NCBI GenBank assembly: GCA_045651865.1
Contig: JAZRTC010000021.1
Coordinates: forward strand, 2,065-66,064
Reading direction: 5' to 3'
Length of the DNA: 64,000 bases
From: Acutalibacteraceae bacterium
GTDB taxonomy: Bacteria > Bacillota > Clostridia > Oscillospirales > Acutalibacteraceae
Shown here piece by piece: positions 27,651 through 35,659 of this stretch; the first letter of the stretch is position 1, and every line of letters starts with the position of its first letter. The notes under the pieces are model-generated. The model was not told the DNA's origin. It made no database searches and saw nothing but the letters and a program-made list of their open reading frames with translations. The translations under genes and the position numbers were made by a program.

Positions 27651-28151
27651 TCACCTCAATGATGCGTATTCCATGAGTGCGGTGTGTTCTCTCAAATACA
27701 TACCACGTCGCTGTTCGTTAATTTCTACCCAATCGTTATGGTGGGCAAATACAGCGAGGATGTCTTCGAGCTCCATCCATTTCGGTACAAGACCTCGTTC
27801 AATCTCAGATGTGGTTGGTTGCCGCTGTGTCGTACCGACCACTTCACACAGGTAATATTGATGGATGAGCAAAAAGTTTCCGTAGTATTCGTGTATGGTT
27901 AAGAAATGCTTTGTCGGTTTGACGGCATATCCCGTTTCCTCGCCGATCTCCCGCACACAACAATCTTCGAATGTTTCACCATCTTCCAAACTCCCACCAG
28001 GGATGGAATAACAATTCACATTTTCTTCGTGAGATATTAAAATCTTCGTACCATCACGTACAATCCCGCGACAGGTAGGGAGATAGATCGTATCGGTTAC
28101 GGGTGCTTGATTTGCACCGTGGATTTCGATTACTTTTACAGAGGCAGACAT
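27651..28151 (-). CDS. NUDIX hydrolase
   Basis: Nudix box GGSLEDGETFEDCCVREIGEETG. Confidence 0.85.
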   Translation of the reverse strand: MSASVKVIEIHGANQAPVTDTIYLPTCRGIVRDGTKILISHEENVNCYSIPGGSLEDGETFEDCCVREIGEETGYAVKPTKHFLTIHEYYGNFLLIHQYYLCEVVGTTQRQPTTSEIERGLVPKWMELEDILAVFAHHNDWVEINEQRRGMYLREHTALMEYASLR

Positions 28152-28168
28152 TTCTTATCTCCTATATA

Positions 28169-28603
28169 TCACAATATCTTTCTAAAACAAATAATACGGT
28201 TAGCTTCTTCAAAGCCAACGTTCAAATGGAATTGCAGACTGTCGGTGTTGAGGAATTCGCAATCGCTGGCAAATTCCGCACAGCCTTGCTCCTTTGCCCA
28301 TGTCTCACAAGCGGAAAGCAATTGCTTGGCGTAACCGTTTTTGCGATAAGGCGGATCCACATAAACACCTTCTAAATATCCGACGGGACTGGTGCTTGTC
28401 CCTTCGACATAATCGTGTCGTAGTCCACATTGTGCAAAGCCGATGGTGTAATCATCTGCCGATAACAAAAATACCGCTACATCTTGCTTTTGGAGTGTTT
28501 CCTCAAAATCAGCAGTCATTTCCGCTACAGTATGATGCGGCCACAATTTGGCGGCAAGTGCCGCTACAAGCGGTGCATCCTCTAAAGTTGCCTTGTGGAT
28601 CAT
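28169..28603 (-). CDS. aac(6'): Aminoglycoside 6'-N-acetyltransferase, AAC(6')-I-like
   Basis: IGFAQCGLRHDYVEGTSTSPVGYLEGVYVDPPYRKNGYAKQL...GCAEFASDCEFLN..S..FH..VGFEE..RIICFRK closely follows the pattern I recall for AAC(6')-Iy/Ib-type enzymes. Confidence 0.7.
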   Translation of the reverse strand: MIHKATLEDAPLVAALAAKLWPHHTVAEMTADFEETLQKQDVAVFLLSADDYTIGFAQCGLRHDYVEGTSTSPVGYLEGVYVDPPYRKNGYAKQLLSACETWAKEQGCAEFASDCEFLNTDSLQFHLNVGFEEANRIICFRKIL

Positions 28604-28606
28604 AGT

Positions 28607-29158
28607 TCAGCACTCCTTTATCCGTGCTATAATCGTTTCTGCCGCCTCTTCGAGTCCGTGCAAGGAATCGATCACGATATCCGCATTTGCCTTGGTTGGT
28701 TCAACATATTGCTCGTGACGATAACGCACCAGATCGACATACACATCGATGACGTCATTGGCAGAAAGCCCCCATGAGAGATTGCGCTTGATGCGACGGG
28801 CAAACCGCACATCGGCAGGGCAATCGACAAAAATGCGTATGTCCGCTTCGCAACATACCGCGGCTTCGTCAAGCACCAAAAGTCCTTCGACGATTACAAT
28901 GTCGTGTTCCGCTTTTGCCGTCGCGATCGCCTCGTGCATTCGCACAAGATTGAACGACATGGGTGCATTGTAGTCGCGATAGGTTTTGCCGTTCGCTGTG
29001 GTGACAAGCGGCAGATCGGCTTCGGGTTTATAGAACGAGTCCATGGCAATCACCACCATGCGATGATCCGCTGATAACCGCTCAGCAAGGAGTGCCGCCA
29101 GTGTGCTTTTGCCACTCGCACTGCCACCGGCAATCAATATAGTTCGCATAATGCTCAC
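28607..29158 (-). CDS. Uridine kinase-like P-loop kinase
   Basis: ILIAGGSASGKSTLA and VIAMDSFYK. Confidence 0.65.
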   Translation of the reverse strand: MSIMRTILIAGGSASGKSTLAALLAERLSADHRMVVIAMDSFYKPEADLPLVTTANGKTYRDYNAPMSFNLVRMHEAIATAKAEHDIVIVEGLLVLDEAAVCCEADIRIFVDCPADVRFARRIKRNLSWGLSANDVIDVYVDLVRYRHEQYVEPTKANADIVIDSLHGLEEAAETIIARIKEC

Positions 29159-29943
29159 CTCGGTTCAAATGTATACACCGCTTTAGGAGGCAGAAGTTGT
29201 TCAAATCTCATAGATGCAGCAAGCGCGGCAGAAGCGACTGTTTTCGCTTCACCGTAATACGGCATTTTGCCATTTGCAATGGATATACCGTTCAATGCAG
29301 CCACAAGTGCTTTTCCGACTCCAAGACCGCGTTTGCTCGGGTGTGTCATAACATTGACGATGTCATTATAATTCGCGTAAGAAGACGCATACACCAAATA
29401 ACCGACAAATTCGTCGTCTTTCTCGGCAAGGAGAATTTGATCAAGGTTGCGAGAGAAGCGGATCACAACCGGCAGATTGCCCCATTCGGAAACAGGAAGG
29501 GTTTGAATATAAGCTGCATCCTCGGCGGTTGCTCTGCGAACGATGATGTCGGCTTGGGTGAAAACGGAGCATTCTTTGCAAGCACCAAACACACCTTCAT
29601 GTGACCATTCGCGATTATCCACTTTGCAAAGAGCGAATCGCTCCGAAAGGGATGTTGCCATCTGCTTGTCAAGCCGCAAAAATGACGGTTGCTCTTTGGT
29701 TTTGACATAAGCGATGGCTTCTTCCAATGCCGATGAGTCGCCCTCAACTTCCAACACGACAACATCTTCCGTAACCGTAACCGATACCCATTGTCCCGCT
29801 GAAAATGCGGCTTCGTCTGCGGCGAAATATACCTGCTCGCTGTCGTCGTATTGTTCGCGCGACAACAAGTCACTGTACTGCACATAATAGCGGTCGATGT
29901 GTTGCTCAAAAAATGCAAGAGCCGCTATGTTAGAGATTTGCAT
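29155..29943 (-). CDS. GNAT family acetyltransferase (two-domain)
   Basis: Start at M34. The C-terminal half has RGLGVGKALVAALNG (motif A). Confidence 0.6.
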   Translation of the reverse strand: MQISNIAALAFFEQHIDRYYVQYSDLLSREQYDDSEQVYFAADEAAFSAGQWVSVTVTEDVVVLEVEGDSSALEEAIAYVKTKEQPSFLRLDKQMATSLSERFALCKVDNREWSHEGVFGACKECSVFTQADIIVRRATAEDAAYIQTLPVSEWGNLPVVIRFSRNLDQILLAEKDDEFVGYLVYASSYANYNDIVNVMTHPSKRGLGVGKALVAALNGISIANGKMPYYGEAKTVASAALAASMRFEQLLPPKAVYTFEPR

Positions 29944-29966
29944 TGTAATCTTCCTTTTCTCTTGTA

Positions 29967-30767
29967 TTACTTCTTTTGAGGTGCGCCTATTTCTTCTAGG
30001 TGTAAATCGCACCCATATGATCCGCCTTTTTCTTTGTCGCAACTCATATGATAGTGAACTGTGAATTTTAATTCTTGGTTAAACGCATTACCTAACAAAT
30101 CATTATAAGACAATTGTATTGTTATGTTATATCCATCCGGGATTGGATACTTAATATGGTCACAATATGCAAACCCGTGTTCATTCCATGTGAGTTCATC
30201 TTTAGAAGGGGCAATACGATTATTTGTGATTATGAAAGATATGGTCGATTCTTCACTTGGTTGAATTGAATTTGATGTTACCTTCATGTTTTGGTTTGTA
30301 AACTTTGCATTATATTTCACCTTAATGTTTTCAACAGAAACAGTAACATTAATATTCGTAGCCGGACCATTTCCAACATTTTTCAAGTATAAAAGTCCTC
30401 TGTGAGCATCGTTGAAATCAGCATCATTTTCGTCAAACTCATTAATCATCACATATCCAAGCCATAACACTTCTTTTTTTAGTTTTTCAAATAGTTGGAC
30501 ATATCTAATGTCAAGGTATGGACGGATTTGTAATTCGCGGTCCGCTCTGTTTTGTTCGCGTGTAAATTTTATCGTCCATAAAATACCAACAAGCGAAATT
30601 ATGCAGCCTAAAATTGAACCTACATAACCACCTAAAAAGCCCACCCAATCTGAATTGGTTATGTTGCTTGGAAAATCGTTGCCGATGATAAGCCAATCAA
30701 TTGCTATCGGCAAAACAATTATCACAAACAAAGAACAAATTATTATACACCATATCTTTTTGGACAT
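29967..30767 (-). CDS. Membrane protein (2 N-terminal TM plus soluble domain), AT-rich orphan
   Basis: MSKKIWCIIICSLFVIIVLPIAIDWLII and FLGGYVGSILGCIISLVGILW, then about 190 aa with no recognisable motif. Confidence 0.55.
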   Translation of the reverse strand: MSKKIWCIIICSLFVIIVLPIAIDWLIIGNDFPSNITNSDWVGFLGGYVGSILGCIISLVGILWTIKFTREQNRADRELQIRPYLDIRYVQLFEKLKKEVLWLGYVMINEFDENDADFNDAHRGLLYLKNVGNGPATNINVTVSVENIKVKYNAKFTNQNMKVTSNSIQPSEESTISFIITNNRIAPSKDELTWNEHGFAYCDHIKYPIPDGYNITIQLSYNDLLGNAFNQELKFTVHYHMSCDKEKGGSYGCDLHLEEIGAPQKK

Positions 30768-30872
30768 TTAAAGTCACCACACTAATAAAGGTTATATTTT
30801 AACAATTTTTTCACTGCATCCTCATTATACCACCGCATAACACCTCCCGTCAATCAACAGATAGTTGCTACG

Positions 30873-31433
30873 GGCATATACTGGTAAAAGCAACTTGTAA
30901 GGAGTGAGGGTGTTGTATAAACGAGCGAAATCACAACGATTGCCCGATGCGGTCGCGGTGTTGAACGGAGCGGGGGCAAACAGTGCCGTTCACGGCGTGG
31001 TGCGGTTCTTTCAGCGACCAAACGGTGTGCTTGTAGAGGTGATGTTTGACGGTCTTCCGCAAACGGCAAGACAATGCGAGCAACCGATTTTCGGCTTTCA
31101 TATTCACGGCGGCCCGTCCTGCACAGGAAATGCTACGGATGCGTTTACCGATGCAGGCACACATTATAATCCTCACATGTGTCCGCATCCGTATCACGCG
31201 GGCGATCTGCCGCCGATCTTTGGTGTGAACGGTAAGGCATATATGGCGTTCCTGACTGACCGTTTCACCGTGCGCGATGTGATCGGCAAAACGATCATCC
31301 TGCACGACAAACCCGACGATTTCACCACCCAGCCGAGCGGCAACGCCGGCAACAAAATCGCCTGCGGCATCATCGGCCCTGTCAGACGATAATACAGAAA
31401 ACAGCCGTGGGATTGCTCCCACGGCTGTTTTGT
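30873..31433 (+). repeat. sodC cassette, copy 2 (direct repeat of 22060..22619)
   Basis: See copy 1. An identical run covers 31284-31415 (copy 1: 22471-22602). Confidence 0.85.
30910..31392 (+). CDS. sodC: Cu/Zn superoxide dismutase family protein (copy 2)
   Basis: Same ligand motifs as copy 1. I count 18 aa differences out of 162 by manual alignment. Confidence 0.8.
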   Translation: MLYKRAKSQRLPDAVAVLNGAGANSAVHGVVRFFQRPNGVLVEVMFDGLPQTARQCEQPIFGFHIHGGPSCTGNATDAFTDAGTHYNPHMCPHPYHAGDLPPIFGVNGKAYMAFLTDRFTVRDVIGKTIILHDKPDDFTTQPSGNAGNKIACGIIGPVRR

Positions 31434-31438
31434 TATCA

Positions 31439-33124
31439 TTATGCGGTTTTTTTCGGGTGGATAATATCCTTATTAAGCTCGATATATTCGAGAGCTTCCT
31501 TGTAAGCATCCTTGAATTTGAACACAATCTCAATATCGCCGCCTTCGTGGACATAGATCACATCCACAAGCTCCGTCAGGAGCGGGCGGGTGAGACGATC
31601 GACATTGCCGCGTCGCTTGAAATGCGCGACAAAATCGTTTTCCTCCGAGAAGCCACATAAAAAATCCGCAATGGACTTTTCAAGCGAGGAGATGTGCTTG
31701 TCATGTTCTTCGAGTCTTACGGACAATTCGGCTTTAAGCCGCGTATATTCCTCTTTGGTGATGTCGCCGTTCTTCCAGTCGGGGTACAGTTCTGTCATCA
31801 GCCGCATCGTTTTCTCACGGGCTTGCCGCCTAGTGCGAAGCGCCGACTCCAGATGTGACGACTGGGTGCGCCGCTGATCGTTTTGCCGAAGCTGTGCCAG
31901 TACCTCATCAAACTCGATCGCCACGGCAATCAGATTCTGAATGGTTTTCAGCACCGCCGTTTCCAATTTGTCGATGCGAATGGTGTGGTTGGTGCAGGCA
32001 GTCGTGCTCATTTTGCGTCGGGTGGCACAGCGATAGTAATGATAGGTGCCGTAATCGTGGGTGTTGGTTTTCTTGTTCATACCGCGTCCGCAGTCGGCAC
32101 ACCGCACCAGCCCCGAAAACAAATCGACTTGCTTTGTCTTCGGTGAGCGGCGGATGCCGCTGTTTAAGAGCGCCTGTACTTTCGCAAAATCCTCCCGCGA
32201 GATGATGGGCTCGTGCGTGTTTTCGACGATGATCCAATCCTCTTTCGGCATATCCTTGATCTGCTTGATTTTATACGAAATTTTTTCCCGCTTGCCTTGC
32301 ACCATATCCCCGCAGTACATTTGATTTTCCAGAATGCGGCGGATGGAACGGTCGCTCCACAGCGCCTTGCCGTCAGGGTTGCTCGGCTGACGGTATTTCT
32401 GTCCCTGTAGCGCTTTGTAGACGGACGGGCAGGGGATACCGTTGCCGTTGAGACTTTTTGCGATGGCGATGATCGCCTTACCGCCGAGGTATTCCTCGAA
32501 GATGCGTCGCACAATGGGCGCCGCACCCTCGTCAATAATCAGCTTGTGATGATCGTTCGGATCCTTCAGATACCCATAGGAGGCATGCGAGCCGATAAAT
32601 AATCCTTGTTGGCGATTGAGATTAAGCGTGCCGCGAATATTCACGGATGTTGTCGCAGAGATACTCTCGTTGATGACATTTGTCACACCCAGCATAATGC
32701 AGTTGGTCATTGCATTGCCGTTTTGCGACATGCTGTCGTGATTATTGTTTATGGCTATAAAGCGCACGCCGTGTCGCGGAAAGAAATCGTCAATATATTG
32801 TCCTGCCAGCGAGGCGTTTCTGCCGAAGCGGGACAAATCTTTCACGATGACACAGTTGATGATCCCACATCGGATATCCTCAATCATGCGTTCAAACGAT
32901 GCGCGCACGAAGTTCGTGCCCGACCAGCCGTCATCGATGTAAAAATCGACGATCTCCATATCGGGATGATCTTTCACATAAGCTTTGATGATCTCGCGCT
33001 GACTCGCGACCGAGTCGGATTCTGCCTTATCGCCATCCTCTTTTGATAAGCGAATGTAAGCGGCCGCATGCCATTTCACTTCCACAGGCTCACTCGGCAG
33101 AAAGTCGGTATATTTACTTTTCAT
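31439..33124 (-). mobile_element. Large serine recombinase (resolvase domain, recombinase domain, DUF4368-like C-terminus)
   Basis: AAYIRLSKEDGDKAESDSVASQREII (catalytic Ser region), the Zn-ribbon-like CADCGRGM...YYRCATRR, a coiled coil, and a C-terminal LLTELVDVIYVHEGGDIEIVFKF. GGAGG RBS at M10. Confidence 0.85.
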
Positions 33125-33212
33125 AGTGTGTACCTCCGTAAACGGCGGCACACAAATCCTTCGAATTCATCTTAACATAACCACCGCCTTTCTGTCGAGT
33201 GGTAAATTTTTG

Positions 33213-33488
33213 TCAGCTTGCGTTTAACGCATTCACAAGCACATCCTGAAACGGCTTCTCGCCGCTAAAGGATATCGTTACCGCTGTACCATCTACTTGA
33301 AATTGGTACGGGTTGTTTCCTTTCAAAAACCGCAACATACGCTCAGTCGGTACTGCTTGATTTGCACTATGATTCTCCGCCCCCATAGCCCCACACTCCG
33401 TTTCAAAAGGAGTGTGGGCAGAGGAGATGGAATTTAATCCAACCGCGTTATTCATCGTCATTGTCAAGAATCGGTGTTTCTTTAACAT
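33213..33488 (-). CDS. Small element-associated protein, unknown function
   Basis: 91 aa with a GGAGGA RBS. It is adjacent to the recombinase, as small accessory ORFs often are in such elements. Confidence 0.45.
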   Translation of the reverse strand: MLKKHRFLTMTMNNAVGLNSISSAHTPFETECGAMGAENHSANQAVPTERMLRFLKGNNPYQFQVDGTAVTISFSGEKPFQDVLVNALNAS

Positions 33489-33551
33489 CGATGTAATATC
33501 CTCCGTTAAATGCGAAAATATTGTCGACCAGTTTGATGAAACCGACCTCGT

Positions 33552-33854
33552 TCAAGTACAAAAATATTGGTCGAACTCTTCATCGTTGCATCCTACGGTA
33601 TCTTGAACGAACATGAGACATTCCTCGTGGAGGTATTGCTCGCCGTAGATGCTTGTGATGCGGTATGGGTTGTCCGACATCATCAGCACGTGTCGCACCT
33701 CGGAAACTGAGAAGTGAATGAAGGCCTGTCCGTTCTCGCCACGGAATTTCGGGTTGTTTACCGAAAGCAACAGGCGGCTGTACATGAGTGCGTACAGAAC
33801 AACACACTCGGGATGGTATTTGCCGATCATCTCGGCAGGGGCTTTGAAAAACAC
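33552..33854 (-). CDS. RepA_N-like (replication-initiator N-terminal-like) short protein
   Basis: GTG start with an AAGGAGG RBS. FFKAPAEMIGKYHPECVVLYALMYSRLLLSVNN...FIHFSVSEV resembles the Firmicute RepA_N pattern, but the protein is only 100 aa. Confidence 0.35.
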   Translation of the reverse strand: MFFKAPAEMIGKYHPECVVLYALMYSRLLLSVNNPKFRGENGQAFIHFSVSEVRHVLMMSDNPYRITSIYGEQYLHEECLMFVQDTVGCNDEEFDQYFCT

Positions 33855-34008
33855 AGCCTGTTCCTCCTTAAAATTGTTTTATATATGTAAATCGGTTTAC
33901 ACCGAATTGTTGTCGAACCAGGTTGGTTTCCAACAGAAGGTACGCCGTTTTGCGCCGGTTGCCCTACGCGGCTTTTCGATAAAAACCACGATGATAATCT
34001 GCGACTAT

Positions 34009-34087
34009 ATAGATAGATCACATAGATGGATGATAGATAGATCGTCATCTAAGGGGAGGAGGAGAAATAACCCCCTCTACTATCTAT
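34009..34087. repeat. Iteron-like short repeats
   Basis: ATAGATAGATC at 34009 and 34033, ATAGATGGA at 34022, and an inverted ATAGATAG at 34080-34087. Confidence 0.5.
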
Positions 34088-34161
34088 TGGACATAAAAGT
34101 ACCATTTGTTCGAGTTTTTGAGAAAATAATTATAATTATTTGAAAACGGGAGCAAAAGCAG

Positions 34162-34197
34162 GCATCCCTGCCGTCAAAAAGATGACGGCAGGGATGC
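34162..34197 (-). terminator. Hairpin terminator
   Basis: Perfect 15-bp stem GCATCCCTGCCGTCA / TGACGGCAGGGATGC. Confidence 0.65.
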
Positions 34198-34222
34198 TGA
34201 TAGCGGATCTTTTCAAAGAGTG

Positions 34223-34525
34223 TTAAAAGCCGAGCAAGCAGAGCTTTTGAAGCAATCGAGCGATACGGTCAGAGTATGTGCTTTTGGGGATGTTGAGCGA
34301 ATCGGCAATCTCACGAACAGACTTGCCGTCAGAGAGCATTTCTGCGATATAAAGCCCGTTAGGGTCAATCGCTTGGATAGCTTCCACAAGTTCTTGGTGA
34401 CACATATTGCTAAGCACAATGTCAGCCGGATTGCAATTATCTTGTGCGATATCCCAACCGATGTTTTCCATCAGTTCTTCGATCGAGCTGATATCGCCTT
34501 CGATGTGATGGAGCATGTGCCGCAA
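34223..34525 (-). CDS. Sigma-70 region-4-like HTH protein, possibly the 3' part of a frameshifted gene
   Basis: LYIAEMLSDGKSVREIADSLNIPKSTYSDRIARLLQKL. An upstream 26-codon ORF with an RBS (ATG at 34676, MNNIVLIDRTPIEVTEDVYRVYYHPT) sits in another frame. Confidence 0.45.
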   Translation of the reverse strand: MRHMLHHIEGDISSIEELMENIGWDIAQDNCNPADIVLSNMCHQELVEAIQAIDPNGLYIAEMLSDGKSVREIADSLNIPKSTYSDRIARLLQKLCLLGF

Positions 34526-35590
34526 TCGCCTTTACAGGTGCGCCAATTGGAATTGGAGCAACGACCGTGACGAAGGGCATATGTATGGGTGGTTCAGGTG
34601 GGATGGTAGTACACGCGATAGACATCTTCGGTCACTTCGATGGGAGTTCGGTCGATGAGAACAATGTTGTTCATAAATCAGTACCACCTAAGGTTCAACA
34701 AGGTGTATGGGTGGATGTGTCAGCGGAGCAGCTCGCTCGGCTGACGATGTTTAATACTGCATGGGACTCACCTTCTTTCTGGACAAAAAAGACCCGCTGA
34801 CAGCCATCGCGTGCGACTTACGCAATGACTCTCAGTGGCCTTTTTGTTTGTGTATTCAATTTGAGGATGGGACGAATGTCGCATAGATGCTGCACTTAAA
34901 TGGCGAGAATGTACCATTTAAGTAATAGATTAGTTAATGCAGCATCAAGATAATATCCTCATAATATATTATAAAGAAAAATAAATTTCATGTCGCAAGT
35001 AGAGTAGAAAAATTATCAAGGGGATGCAATCCCAGCCGCTTTACATAATTATTTCACCGTCAGGAGTACATCATATTTACATAAATTCGATTTTGGTTTA
35101 TGCGTTTGATGGGGCGTGAGTGTATGCGTGGCTTACATCACGCACAGCATCGCTACGCGAATGATGAAAAGAAAATGACTTTGACATATACCCGTAAAAA
35201 ACAAAAAGCCGCTCTGTTTTCAACCGAAAACAGTTCTGCTTTGTCTCGATTTAAGCATTTTTGCTACAAGAGAGGGATGTTTTGCAAACAGAAGGGTGGA
35301 GGAAAAAGTACATACTTACGGGACAAAAAGGACGATTTTAGTTTATTACTAAAGTGGTTTATAAGAGGATATAGGGATGATTCAAGTGTACCTCCTAGAT
35401 TGTTTTCAACAGGATATGTTCTTGTTTTCAATGTGTTGTTGAATTGTTTTCATCGATGTCTTCGATAGATTTCGATGTAGGTGAAAAAGAAACTGTGAAT
35501 AATTGTTGATGCTAAAAAGATGCTGGAGATGAACTGGATATACAAAGGAATCGGCAGATTATGTCTTCTATTGTAAATATTATGATGTTC

Positions 35591-35619
35591 TTGTTTTTCG
35601 TGAAAGAAAAATGTATAAT
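35591..35619 (+). promoter_or_regulatory. Sigma-70-type promoter of the TIR operon
   Basis: TTGTTT, 17-nt spacer, TATAAT. It lies 41 nt upstream of the ATG at 35660. Confidence 0.45.
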
Positions 35620-35659
35620 ATATATCAATAGTACAGTATGGAGTGGAGGTAAAGTGTTA

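Noticed and set aside
33718-34143. 141-aa plus-strand ORF across the iteron-like repeats.
   Set aside because: It has no SD, and its translation is dominated by the repeats (IDRSHRWMIDRSS) and an Ile run. It lies between minus-strand genes, so I treated it as non-coding.
22600-34900. Looked for tRNA or tmRNA genes at the island junctions (about 22.6, 31.4 and 34.8 kb) as integration targets.
   Set aside because: I saw no cloverleaf-like sequence or conserved T-loop (GGTTCGAATCC-type) motif by eye. A manual scan is not exhaustive, so tRNAscan-SE should confirm this.
35100-35468. 122-aa ORF in the AT-rich spacer.
   Set aside because: It has no SD and a low-complexity K/R/F-rich translation. 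It sits in a region with no other coding signal.
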